From positions 710,132 through 774,131 of the forward strand of contig CBDEGR010000002.1 of the NCBI GenBank assembly GCA_965237895.1: DNA of 64,000 bases, read 5' to 3'. The notes under the pieces are model-generated. The model ran no database searches, had not been told where the DNA came from, and saw nothing but the letters and a program-made list of their open reading frames with translations. Below are positions 22,292 through 31,645 of the stretch, piece after piece. Within the stretch, counting starts at the first letter, position 1. Every line of letters begins with the position of its first letter. A program made the translations under genes and the position numbers. Source of the DNA: Terriglobia bacterium. Lineage in GTDB: Bacteria > Acidobacteriota > Terriglobia > UBA7540 > JAPUME01.

Positions 22292-22909
22292 TTCGGGGCC
22301 GGAGCCTGAGTTGGAGTTGGGGTCGGAGTTGGGGCGGAAGCGCCGGAAGATGAAAGCGGTCAGTACGAACACGGCAACAGCCGCCAAGGAAACCCAGGCA
22401 AGATTGTCGCGCAGGAGGATTTCGGCTTCCTTCCCGTAGCGGGCGCTTACGTAGGCGATGCCGGCAAAGCGGAGCGAACGCCCCACGGCCAATCCGGCCA
22501 GAAACTGAAGGACGGGAAAGCGGAAGACTCCCGAAGCCAGCAGAAAGAGCTTGAACGGCGCAGGCGGCGGAAGCAACGACATGATCACCATGGAGAGAAA
22601 GCCGTTTTTATCCAGCCACGGCTTGGCCTGCGCAATCCCCTTGAGCGTACCTTTCTTTTTGAGCGCCAGCTTGCTTCCGCTGCGGGCGAACCAGTAGAGG
22701 ACCAGCGAGCCGGAGAGCGACCCGGCCGTGGCCAGCGCGGCAAAGAGCGGAGCCGTAGCCGGTTGGCTGGCGCACAGGTAGATCAGCAGGGCGTCATTCA
22801 AGCCCGGCAAGGGAACGAAAGAAGAGTCGAGAAAGGAGATTGCGAAAAGTCCCGACGGACCGTAAGAGACAAGAAATGTCCCCAATTTTTTTGTGAGGCC
22901 TCGAAGCAT
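22268..22909 (-). CDS. DedA/YqaA-family membrane protein
   Basis: GLFAISFLDSSFVPLPGLNDALLIYL..., a multi-TM protein with a low-complexity Ser/Pro/Asn tail. Confidence 0.75.
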   Translation of the reverse strand: MLRGLTKKLGTFLVSYGPSGLFAISFLDSSFVPLPGLNDALLIYLCASQPATAPLFAALATAGSLSGSLVLYWFARSGSKLALKKKGTLKGIAQAKPWLDKNGFLSMVIMSLLPPPAPFKLFLLASGVFRFPVLQFLAGLAVGRSLRFAGIAYVSARYGKEAEILLRDNLAWVSLAAVAVFVLTAFIFRRFRPNSDPNSNSGSGPESPNPPSS

Positions 22910-23057
22910 ATTTCTTAGAAGGGTATCTTACTTGCTGGAGATCAGATTGCCAAGAAACACGAAGAGATCTATTAAAATCGAAAAGCCGCAACCGGGCCGG
23001 GGCGATTCGCGCCCGCCAACTGGTAACCTGCGGATGATGTGAAAAGGAGAGGCCCCA

Positions 23058-23483
23058 GTGTCCGAAAACCTCTATCGCAGCAGGAGCCGTAAACCGGAGT
23101 GGAGTGAGTTGATGCGCATGGCCGGCGACCGCGCGGCCATCCTCTGCTACGATCTGCGGAGCCGCGTCGGGGAGTGGGAGGACGTCCGGGAGGAACTTCA
23201 CTACTTCGGTCCCGCTTGGGGGTGGGCGCCGCGCTACCGGGTGGGCGGGACGACGCTCTGCATCATCCATCTGCTGCCGGGAAAGATTGAGGTGACGCTC
23301 CCCATCGGGAAAGCCGCCGAAACCCGGCTTCTGGCTTCCCGCCGACTCTCGGCGGGGCTGAAGCGCGCCATCCGCATGACCCCCCCTGCCCATCGGAATG
23401 AAAAGAACGTCCGCCTGCCGCTGCGCAGCGCCGCCGCGGTGGACGCGGTGGCCCGCGTTCTGGACCTGCAACACAATTGGTAA
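23058..23483 (+). CDS. DUF3788-like hypothetical protein
   Basis: 141 aa. The pattern ...EELHYFGPAWGWAPRYRVGGTTLCIIHLLPGKIEVTLPIG... resembles DUF3788. The assignment is tentative. Confidence 0.5.
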   Translation: MSENLYRSRSRKPEWSELMRMAGDRAAILCYDLRSRVGEWEDVREELHYFGPAWGWAPRYRVGGTTLCIIHLLPGKIEVTLPIGKAAETRLLASRRLSAGLKRAIRMTPPAHRNEKNVRLPLRSAAAVDAVARVLDLQHNW

Positions 23484-23506
23484 AATTTTACGAGGATGGA
23501 AACGGT

Positions 23507-24688
23507 CTACGAATCGGCCGGTTGGGTGTCCGGGAGAAGGGAAAATTCCGGGACGAAATCTCTCTGCCGGCCGGCGTCAAAGCGGTGGTCCAGATAAGCT
23601 GACGGAATTTCTTTGAGTAGAGCCTTGGCCGAATGGCGCAGGCTGTTGTGGATAAAGCAGACATGAGTGCACCAGCACTGGTCGCGGACGATCGCGTCCA
23701 ATTCTTCCTGCCGTTCGTGAGTCTCCCAAAATTTTGAGAAATCACAGTCGAAGTCGCGCACATTGCCGATTTTTCCGCGCAGCTCGCAGGCGCGCACATC
23801 GCCGTTAAAGTCAATGACGGCGGCGGTCTCGCCCGCTGTGCAGGGCATCGGCCAAGGGTGCGGGCCGTTGAAATTTTCGAGCTGCACCTTATTGTGGAAG
23901 GCGAGGAGTCCTTGGTAGTAGGCCTGGGCGATTTTCTTCTTGGCGCCGGTGTAGCGGCGCAGAGCGCGCGGGGCGTAGTATTCGTAGACCTTTTGGGCTT
24001 CACGGTAGAGGTGAGGCAGGCGGTCGCTGGGAATCTTCTTGAGTGCAGGGTCCTTGGCGTTGCCGCGGATGATGTTGAAATAATGGCCGTCGACGGCGCA
24101 GTTCTTCTTGACGAAGTCGGAGATCTCGAGCGTGTGGTTGAAGTTTTCAGCGCACACGACGGTGTTGATATTCACCCGGAAGTTCGGGAAGTCGCGACGG
24201 CAGGACTCGACGGCCTCGATGGTATCCAGCGTCTTCTGAAAATTGCCGGGCACGGCGCGGATGGAGTCCTGCATCTCATGCAGGCCGTCCATGGCGACGT
24301 TCAGATCGAGAACCAACTCCGGATTTTCCTTCAGAATTCTCCGGACCCATTCTCCCGTCCGCTCCGGCAGCAGACCGTTCGTCGGCAGGTTAGTCCATCG
24401 GATACCGTTGTTTACGTAGAAGAGATGAATAATATCCGTCAGTTCGCGCCGCAGCATCGGCTCGCCGCCCGAAAGCCAGAAGTCGGTAAACTGCGGCATG
24501 GTTTCGCTGAGCCGGCGAATCTCGTCCCAACTCAGGTTGCCCTTTTGGTTGAGTTCCTGCCAGTAGAAACAGGTACGGCAGCGGGCGTTGCAGACCGAGG
24601 TGACGAAGAAAATCACCAGGGAGAGCCGTCGCCGCCGGGTGAGGGATTGGTAGATTTTGAAAAGATCGTTGCCGTTGCCAGTAGACAT
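23507..24688 (-). CDS. radical SAM enzyme with a SPASM/twitch-like C-terminal Cys domain, substrate unknown
   Basis: CNARCRTC (CxxxCxxC) near the N-terminus and a GGEP motif. C-terminal CTAGETAAVIDFNGDVRACE...CWCTHVCF. Confidence 0.85.
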   Translation of the reverse strand: MSTGNGNDLFKIYQSLTRRRRLSLVIFFVTSVCNARCRTCFYWQELNQKGNLSWDEIRRLSETMPQFTDFWLSGGEPMLRRELTDIIHLFYVNNGIRWTNLPTNGLLPERTGEWVRRILKENPELVLDLNVAMDGLHEMQDSIRAVPGNFQKTLDTIEAVESCRRDFPNFRVNINTVVCAENFNHTLEISDFVKKNCAVDGHYFNIIRGNAKDPALKKIPSDRLPHLYREAQKVYEYYAPRALRRYTGAKKKIAQAYYQGLLAFHNKVQLENFNGPHPWPMPCTAGETAAVIDFNGDVRACELRGKIGNVRDFDCDFSKFWETHERQEELDAIVRDQCWCTHVCFIHNSLRHSAKALLKEIPSAYLDHRFDAGRQRDFVPEFSLLPDTQPADS

Positions 24689-24799
24689 TGCGAGCCTTGC
24701 CCTCCCGGAATTCCAATCGAAGAGGGTGGTTACACTAGAGCACAGGTGCGCTCTCTTCGTAAAGGAAAAAGAGGCTTTCGGGAAGTGGAAAAAGGAGGG

Positions 24800-24839
24800 G
24801 CGGGCTACCGGCGTCCAGAGGAGGACACCGGTAGCCCGC
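24800..24839 (-). terminator. long GC hairpin downstream of nrdJ (candidate intrinsic terminator)
   Basis: GCGGGCTACCGG / CCGGTAGCCCGC form a perfect 12-bp stem, extended by GTCC/GGAC. On the minus strand it is followed by CCCUCCUUUUUCC. The U-tract is not directly adjacent to the stem, so the call is only moderate. Confidence 0.4.
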
Positions 24840-25025
24840 TAATTGGATTCGCTGCGGTATAAGCGGAGACAGGCGTTTGACTCGGTTGGGGGGCTAACGA
24901 ACAGCCCCGCCGAGTCGGCGGTAAGACGGAGGTATATACCTCCTGGGTGGTAGGATTCCATTGGGGTGGGAATTTGTGCATAAGGGAAGAACTCACCTTG
25001 ATCTTCGCAATTTTTGTTATGCTGC

Positions 25026-27923
25026 CTAGGAGCATCCGGATGTACTCCCGCAGTTGAGGCATTTGTAGCAACTTCCGTTGCGTAGCATTAGGGCACCGCA
25101 GTCGGCGCAGGAGGGGGCGTCGGCGGTCAGCAACTGATGGGCGGAAAAACTCCGCCCTGCTCCGTTCTGGTTCCCCTCCCGGCTTTCCCCTGCTGCTTGG
25201 CTTGAGGGGGCAGACTGGGCGGATGCTTGGGCCTGGGAAGGCTGCGAAGCGTCCGGCAGAAACTTCAGCGCAAGCCAGCGGAAGATATAGTCAATAATAG
25301 ATTTAGCGTAATTAATGTTCGGGTTGTTGGTCCACCCGCTGGGCTCAAAGCGCATGTGGGAGAACTTGTCGCACAGGACCCTCAGCGGAACACCGTACTG
25401 GAGAGAGAACGAGATGGCCCGGGCAAAGCAGTCCATCAGTCCGCTGACCGTGGAGCCCTCCTTGGCCATCGTCAGGAAGATTTCGCCCGGGGAGCCGTCC
25501 TGGTAGAGGCCCACCGTCAGAAATCCTTCGTGGCCGCCGACGGAGAACTTGTGGGTGATCGCCTGCCGCTCGTTGGCGAGCTTGCGGCGATAAGGCTGGC
25601 CGACGGCGGAAGATTCCCGAGCCGCGCCGGGAGGAGTTTCGGCCTTCGAAGCGGGGGTTGTCGCCGAGTCCACTTTCGTCGTATTCAACGGCTGGGTGCG
25701 TTTCGACCCGTCGCGATAGATGGCAATGGCCTTGACGCCGAGCCGCCAGGCCTCCGTATAGGTGCGGATAATCTCTTCTGGTGTCGCTGATTCGGGCATG
25801 TTCACCGTCTTGGAGATGGCGCCGGAGAGGAACGGCTGCACGGCGGCCATCATGCGAATGTGGCCCATGTATTGAATCGACCGCACTCCTTGGGCCGGTT
25901 TGAGCGAACAGTCAAAGACGGGCAGATGCTCCTCCTGCAAAAACGGCGCGCCCTCGATGGTGCCGTGCTGGTCGATGTAGCTGACGATTTCGGAGGCCTG
26001 TTCTTCGGAGTAGCCCAGGCGGAGCAGAGCCGTCGGCACGACGTTGTTGACGATTTCAATCATCCCTCCGCCGACCAGCTTCTTGTATTTCACGAGAGCC
26101 AAATCGGGCTCGACGCCGGTCGTGTCGCAGTCCATCATGAAGCCGATGGTGCCGGTCGGAGCCAGCACCGTCATCTGAGCGTTGCGATAGCCGTGCCGGA
26201 CGCCGCTGTCGTAGCACTCCTCCCAAACCTGCTGTGCCGCCGCCCACATTCCCTCCGCCATGGCGCCGACGCGAGCCGGAGGATTCAGGTTTTTCAGCGA
26301 GGCGCGGTGCATGGAGATGACTTCCAGAAAACTGTCCCGGTTCTTCTGGTAGCCGGCGAACGGACCGAGCTCGGCGGCCAGGGCCGAGCTGGTCAGATAG
26401 GCCTGTCCGTGCATCAAGGCCGTCACTGTGGCGGCAAACTCGCGGCCCGCTTCCGAGTCATAGGGATGCCCGTAGGACATCAGCAGCGCGCCCAGATTGG
26501 CGTAGCCGAGCCCCAGCGGGCGATAGTCGTGCGAGTTGCGGGCAATCTTTTCGGTCGGGTAATTGGCGTTATCCACCAGGATTTCCTGAGCGATGATGAC
26601 GACCTCGACGGCGTGGCGGAAAGCTTCCACATCGAAGCGCCCGTCCGGCGTGAGGTAGCGCATCAGGTTGAGCGAGGCGAGGTTACAGGCCGAGTCGTCC
26701 AGGAACATGTACTCGCTGCACGGGTTCGAGGCGTTGATCGGTCCCGTCACTTTGCAGGTGTGCCAACGGTTGATGATCGTATCGAACTGCATGCCCGGGT
26801 CGCCGCACTGCCAAGCGGCGTCAGCGATCTTCTGCATCAGGCCACGGGCGGGATAGATATTGTCCGCCAGGCCGGAGACCACCGCCTGCGTGGACCAGTT
26901 GCGGCCCTCAACCACGGCGTTCATAAACCCGTCGGTGACGCGAACGCTGTTGTTGGCGTTCTGGAAAAAGATGGAGCTGTAGGCTTCGCCGTCGAGCGAC
27001 GCGTCGTAGCCGGCTTCGACCAGCGCCCAGGCCTTGCGCTCTTCCTTTGCCTTGCACTCGATGAATTCCACAATGTCCGGGTGGGAGATGTTTAAGATGA
27101 CCATCTTGGCCGCGCGTCGCGTCTTGCCGCCGGACTTGATGACGCCGGCAAAGGCGTCATAGCCGCGCATGAAGCTAAGCGGGCCCGAAGCGCTGCCGCC
27201 GCCCGAAAGGCTTTCGCTGGCCGAGCGCAACGAGGAGAGGTTCGTGCCGGTTCCCGAACCCCATTTGAAAAGCATTCCTTCCGTCTTCGCCAGGCCGAGA
27301 ATGCTCTCCAGGTCGTCCTGTACGGAGTTGATGAAGCAGGCCGAACACTGCGGGTGACGGTACGCTTCGCTCTCCTTCGCCACCGTGCGGGTAAAGGAAT
27401 CCCAGTACCATCCGGAGCCCTTCAGGGAACGGTTATACTTTTGCCACAGCCCGCAGTTGAACCAGACCGGAGAATTGAAGGCTGCCTTTTGACGGACGAG
27501 CAGATGGGTCAACTCGGCGCGGAAGGCTTCGCCATCGGCTTCGGTCTTGAAGTAGCCGCCGTGGCTCCCCCAATCGGCAATGGTATCGGCAACGCGGGAG
27601 ATGAGCTGCTTCAGACTGGTTTCCCGCTCTGGCGTTCCCAGCTTCCCGTGGAAATATTTGGAGGCCACGATGTTGGTGGCCGTCTGGGACCAGTCTTGGG
27701 GAACTTCGACCCCGGTCTGCTCGAAGAGCGATTTCCCCTTCTCGTTCTGGATGGAGGCGGTACGAAGCACCCATTCCACCTCGTCGAAGGGGTGCACCCC
27801 GGGCGTGGTAAAGAACCGCTTGAGAGAAAGCCCCTTCTTTGTCTGCACCTGCTTTCCGGAACCGTTTCCGGTTGCCACTGATGCAACCCGATCTTTTACA
27901 GGGACAAAATTCTGCTCCGCCAT
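25026..27923 (-). CDS. nrdJ: adenosylcobalamin-dependent (class II) ribonucleotide reductase
   Basis: 965 aa with an RNR large-subunit core (...NPCSEYMFLDDSACNLASLNL...) and a C-terminal Cys-rich tail, CADCGALMLRNGSCYKCLNCGSTSGCS. Confidence 0.93.
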   Translation of the reverse strand: MAEQNFVPVKDRVASVATGNGSGKQVQTKKGLSLKRFFTTPGVHPFDEVEWVLRTASIQNEKGKSLFEQTGVEVPQDWSQTATNIVASKYFHGKLGTPERETSLKQLISRVADTIADWGSHGGYFKTEADGEAFRAELTHLLVRQKAAFNSPVWFNCGLWQKYNRSLKGSGWYWDSFTRTVAKESEAYRHPQCSACFINSVQDDLESILGLAKTEGMLFKWGSGTGTNLSSLRSASESLSGGGSASGPLSFMRGYDAFAGVIKSGGKTRRAAKMVILNISHPDIVEFIECKAKEERKAWALVEAGYDASLDGEAYSSIFFQNANNSVRVTDGFMNAVVEGRNWSTQAVVSGLADNIYPARGLMQKIADAAWQCGDPGMQFDTIINRWHTCKVTGPINASNPCSEYMFLDDSACNLASLNLMRYLTPDGRFDVEAFRHAVEVVIIAQEILVDNANYPTEKIARNSHDYRPLGLGYANLGALLMSYGHPYDSEAGREFAATVTALMHGQAYLTSSALAAELGPFAGYQKNRDSFLEVISMHRASLKNLNPPARVGAMAEGMWAAAQQVWEECYDSGVRHGYRNAQMTVLAPTGTIGFMMDCDTTGVEPDLALVKYKKLVGGGMIEIVNNVVPTALLRLGYSEEQASEIVSYIDQHGTIEGAPFLQEEHLPVFDCSLKPAQGVRSIQYMGHIRMMAAVQPFLSGAISKTVNMPESATPEEIIRTYTEAWRLGVKAIAIYRDGSKRTQPLNTTKVDSATTPASKAETPPGAARESSAVGQPYRRKLANERQAITHKFSVGGHEGFLTVGLYQDGSPGEIFLTMAKEGSTVSGLMDCFARAISFSLQYGVPLRVLCDKFSHMRFEPSGWTNNPNINYAKSIIDYIFRWLALKFLPDASQPSQAQASAQSAPSSQAAGESREGNQNGAGRSFSAHQLLTADAPSCADCGALMLRNGSCYKCLNCGSTSGCS

Positions 27924-28133
27924 CGTGGCGCCTCCGCCGAAGTTGGGTTTGCTGTAACTCGATGTATAAATGATTAACGACTTCAGGCGCTATTCCCGCT
28001 TGGCTCCAGGCACGGAGAAAATCCCTTTACCTATGCCCGCTGCCATCCAAGATTTTATTTCAGGGGATCACTCCCCGTACGCCTGTACCAGCGTGACTTT
28101 AAGAGAGGCCTGTTTCTTTGTCAAGGAAAAAAG

Positions 28134-28179
28134 CCACTAAATATAGTGGGGCAAAATTTACATACTCAAAATGTTGTGG
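28134..28179 (-). promoter_or_regulatory. tandem NrdR boxes overlapping a candidate nrdJ promoter
   Basis: Box 1 is CCACTAAATATAGTGG (28134-28149; 13/16 to the recalled palindromic consensus acaCwAtATaTwGtgt). Box 2 on the minus strand is CCACAACATTTTGAGT (28164-28179; about 12/16). Centres are 30 bp apart. On the minus strand, TTGAGT, 18 nt, then TATATT lie inside the two boxes. The nrdR gene is in the same window. Confidence 0.7.
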
Positions 28180-28424
28180 AAAAGATGTTGAAAGCAGGCC
28201 TTAACCTGTTTAAATCTCTATTTAAGCTGTGGATTAAATTGTGCAAGGTCTGTGTAGTTTATTCAGCCTGGTAGAGGGAAGAAAGACAGCAGAGAGCAGT
28301 AGCGATTGATTAGGACGAAGTCGTTTGAGCCACTTTCCTTGAGATTGGTGGTAAGGAGCAGATTTAGGGCCTGGGAATGGTGAATCCCGGCCTTGGAGGG
28401 TGAAACCGTTGTCCTAAATGGGGG

Positions 28425-28934
28425 CTAGTTGGGAAGAAGCGGTTTTAGGTTTGCCTTGGTAACGACTTTGGTGAGCATCACTTCGGCATCTTCGCGGGAA
28501 GATTTCTTGACCGTGGCGATCTCTTCCACCAGGAGTTGCCAAGCCCGCTCCAGCATCTTCTTTTCCCGGAAGGAGATGGCTTTATCCCGGTTTAGGGTAA
28601 GGAGTATTTTCAGGACCTCGGCGACGTGGCGGAGCTCTCCGGTCCGCATCTTGTCGCAATTTTCCTTATAGCGCCACTTCCAGTTCCTAGCCATCTCACA
28701 AGCGCCGTTCTGCATGAAATCGAGAACGCTGGTGATTTCACGGTTTTTGGCGATGCGACGCAGCCCGACGTTTTCAGCGCTGTTGAAAGGAACAATGACC
28801 CGCATGCTGTTGGATCGAATCCGAAGTAGGTAGTAGCCTTCAGGCTGGCCATTGAGGGATTTCTGTGAGATTTGCTCAATGGTTCCGACTCCATGGTTGG
28901 GGTATACAACCTTCTCGCCTAACTGAAATTCCAT
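28425..28934 (-). CDS. carD: CarD/CdnL-family RNA-polymerase-binding transcription factor
   Basis: MEFQLGEKVVYPNHGVGTIEQISQKSLNGQPEGYYLLRI... is a typical CarD N-terminal Tudor-like domain. Confidence 0.9.
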   Translation of the reverse strand: MEFQLGEKVVYPNHGVGTIEQISQKSLNGQPEGYYLLRIRSNSMRVIVPFNSAENVGLRRIAKNREITSVLDFMQNGACEMARNWKWRYKENCDKMRTGELRHVAEVLKILLTLNRDKAISFREKKMLERAWQLLVEEIATVKKSSREDAEVMLTKVVTKANLKPLLPN

Positions 28935-29007
28935 GATTGGTCTCCTGGAAGTGATCTAGGCTAAGAGTGCTCTAATCTATTTTACAAGTCCCTTAAAGTC
29001 AATGGTT

Positions 29008-29804
29008 TTAGTAGAGTCCCCGTCCTCCCTTTCGCGTTTCGCCCACCAACTGCCGCACCGTATCGCGCGCCGAGCGGAGCAGGAGGCGGCTTTCCGAACC
29101 CACCATCAGGAATTTCATTCCCATTTCCCGAAACTTTTTGGCGGATTCAAGATTCGGAGCATGAATCGCCGGGGAGACTCCGTTCTGGGGACAGACCTCA
29201 AAGATGCGCTTTAAAGCCTCCTCCACGCGGGGGTGTTCGAATTCACCCGGAACACCGAGGGAAATCGAAAGATCATTGAGGCCTACCAGGGAAACATCCA
29301 CTCCGGGCACGCCGGTGATCTTTTCCAGATTCTCCACGGCTTGACCGCTCTCCACCTGAAGGATGACGAGCGTGTTCTCATTCGACCATTCGATGGCCTC
29401 GCGGACGGTTGTCGGCTCGTAGTCGGTGATGACGGGTCGCATCCCAAAGCCTCTGCGCCCGACGGGGGGATACTTCACGGCGGCCACAGCCCGCTCGGCT
29501 TCCTCCTTGGTGTCTACCCGGGGCACCATGACACCCATGACCCCCAATCCAGGATGCGGGCGATGATGAAGTACTCATTATCGGTCACGCGCGCCAGGGG
29601 AACCAATCCTGCCGATTTTGCCGCCCGGGTGATGTTTTGCAGCGTTTCGGTATCCGGAGAGGCATGTTCGGTATCGACCAGCAGGAAGTCCATTTCCGCG
29701 GCCGCCAGCAAGTAGGCGATTTCGGGATTTCGCGCCTCATTGATCATGGTCCCGACGACGGACTCGCCCGACTTCAGGGCCTCTTTGACCCGATTCGTTT
29801 TCAT
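29008..29804 (-). pseudogene. HpcH/HpaI-family aldolase with one frameshift
   Basis: The N-terminal 96-aa ORF (...LVDTEHASPD...ARVTDNEYFIIARILD) and the 179-aa ORF (GVMGVMVPRVDTKEEAERAVAAVKYPPVGRRG...) are consecutive parts of one aldolase. The frame changes at GATTGGGGGTC (plus-strand C5 run, 29541-29545). Confidence 0.8.
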
Positions 29805-30067
29805 CGATTCTTCCTAAGGCGTGTTCTGGTTCCGACCCGCGACAAATCGGCAAACTCATCGTGTTTTGCCGTCGAAACAGGGGGCCCTCGGGTGAAGATT
29901 CGGATACCGAAAGGATAAATTAAATTATACCGTATTTTGCCTAAAACGGCGAATTTACGACCTTCGACATTCCTTTGAGCCGTGCGGGAACCTATGATTC
30001 ACGGCGGGCTGGGAGTAGAATAGCCCTCGACAGGATTTCCGATAATTACAACCAAGGAGAGACAAAG

Positions 30068-31024
30068 ATGAAATGGCCGGTATGGGTCCTTCCTGTTTTT
30101 CTGGGGATGGGACTCTGGGGAATGGTTGAAGTTTCGGGGAGTAGAGGTGCCGAGTCCTACCAGGTCGTGCACGGCTGGCCTGAGCTTCCCGAGGGGTTTG
30201 CTTTGGGACAGGTCTCGGGCGTGGAGGTGGACTCGCACAACCACGTTTTTGTCTTCCATCGGGGCGCCCGCCCCATTCTCTGTTTTGAAGCCGATACGGG
30301 AAAGATCATCACCTCCTGGGGAGACGGGATGTTCGCCTCTGCGCACGGCCTTGACGTCGATTCTGAGGACAACGTCTGGGTGACCGACTCTGGCCGCCAC
30401 CAGGTCTTTAAGTTCAGCCACGAAGGCAAGCTGCTGTTGACGCTCGGCACGCAAGGCATCGCGGGCCTCGACGGCAAACATTTCGACGGACCCACGGACA
30501 TAGCCGTCACACCCGGCGGCGAGTTTTACGTTGCCGACGGGTACGGGAACAGCCGCGTCGCGAAATTTTCCGCCCAAGGAGATTTTCAGTTCGACTGGGG
30601 GCAAAAGGGAACGGGACCGGGAGAGTTTGACCTTCCTCACGGCATTACGCGTGACGCCCAGGGACGCATTTACGTCGCCGACCGTTCCAATCTCCGCATT
30701 CAAGTCTTTGAGCCCAACGGTAAGTTCCTCCACCAGTGGAAAAGCGACGAGCTGGGCAGGCCGTGGGGGCTGGACGTCGGAAAGGACGGATTCCTGTATG
30801 TGGTGGACGGGGGCGACTTGAACCCGGCGCCACCCGACCGTGGCCGCATCCTGAAACTCGACCTGAAAGGAAATATCCTCGACGCGTGGGGTTCCTTCGG
30901 CAGCTACGACGGCCAACTCTACTATGGTCATGACGTCAGCGTCGGTGAGGACGGGGCTGTCTATGCCACGGATGTCCATCTCGGCATGCGCGTCCAAAAG
31001 TTCGTTCCGAAAGAGCGGAAATAA
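30068..31024 (+). CDS. secreted NHL-repeat beta-propeller protein
   Basis: ATG at 30068 with a GGAGAG SD and signal/TM MKWPVWVLPVFLGMGLWG. Repeated ...VTDSGRHQVFKF.../...YVADGYGNSRVAKF.../...YVADRSNLRIQVF... NHL blades. Confidence 0.85.
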   Translation: MKWPVWVLPVFLGMGLWGMVEVSGSRGAESYQVVHGWPELPEGFALGQVSGVEVDSHNHVFVFHRGARPILCFEADTGKIITSWGDGMFASAHGLDVDSEDNVWVTDSGRHQVFKFSHEGKLLLTLGTQGIAGLDGKHFDGPTDIAVTPGGEFYVADGYGNSRVAKFSAQGDFQFDWGQKGTGPGEFDLPHGITRDAQGRIYVADRSNLRIQVFEPNGKFLHQWKSDELGRPWGLDVGKDGFLYVVDGGDLNPAPPDRGRILKLDLKGNILDAWGSFGSYDGQLYYGHDVSVGEDGAVYATDVHLGMRVQKFVPKERK

Positions 31025-31067
31025 ACCGGACGGAAGAAGCCGGCTCACGGGGTCCGACTTCGCTTGT

Positions 31068-31527
31068 TTAGCTTTTCCGTCGCAGCCGCAGTTGGGGCTG
31101 GTCTTTGACTCTCGGGTTGGCCAGGTAGGTGGGAAACCCCCCTGCAAGTATTTGGCAGACGTGGAGGGAAATTTTCCGCCCCATGTCGGCATAGGACTCC
31201 AGGCTGCAAGAGGCGTAGTGGCAGGTGAGCACTACGTTTTCAAGATCAAAGATAAGGGTGGGGTCCCTGCTGAGGCTCTTTTTGAAGGACGTCCAATCCC
31301 GCCCCGCCCAACCGTCCCTCCTTCAGCGCCTCCAGTAACGCCGCTTCGTTGACCAGTGGGCCGCGTGAGGTATTGATCAAGAGGGCGCCGGGTTTTATCT
31401 GTTTCAAGAAGTCGGAATTGAGGAGGTTTCGGGTCGCCGCCAGCAGCGGCAGGTGGAGGGAGACGATGTCGGCCGTGTTCAGGAGTTCGTCCAGTTCGAC
31501 GAGCCGGACATTTGCTTCGCCCTGCAT
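31068..31527 (-). pseudogene. D-isomer-specific 2-hydroxyacid dehydrogenase remnant: C-terminal ~150 aa only, frameshifted
   Basis: [69 protein letters not shown] lies in one frame. [27 protein letters not shown]... continues in another frame down to the stop at 31068. Only about 120 nt separate it from the thiE stop, so the substrate-binding domain and the GxGxxG region are absent. Confidence 0.75.
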
Positions 31528-31645
31528 GGGGAGCGATCGGATGGGTGCTGGCCGTTCCGATTACGGCCGCCTTCAAGTCCGTCTGCGACAACATGGAGAG
31601 CTTGAAACCGGGGGGCGATTTCCTCGGCGAAGCCTGACTTTTTTC

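Noticed and set aside
25860-27095. 411-aa plus-strand ORF antisense to nrdJ
   Set aside because: Shadow ORF inside nrdJ with a low-complexity Arg/Gly/Ala/Val composition.
27924-28133. Cobalamin riboswitch in the nrdJ leader (and a TPP riboswitch upstream of thiE at 32294-32620)
   Set aside because: No B12-box-like or GCCACUG element in the nrdJ leader. No CUGAGA or pyrimidine-sensing TPP motifs upstream of thiE.
29999-31192. 397-aa minus-strand ORF opposite the NHL-repeat gene
   Set aside because: The plus-strand NHL repeats, signal peptide and SD are convincing. The antisense frame has no motifs. Only its extreme 5' part overlaps the dehydrogenase remnant, and in a different frame.
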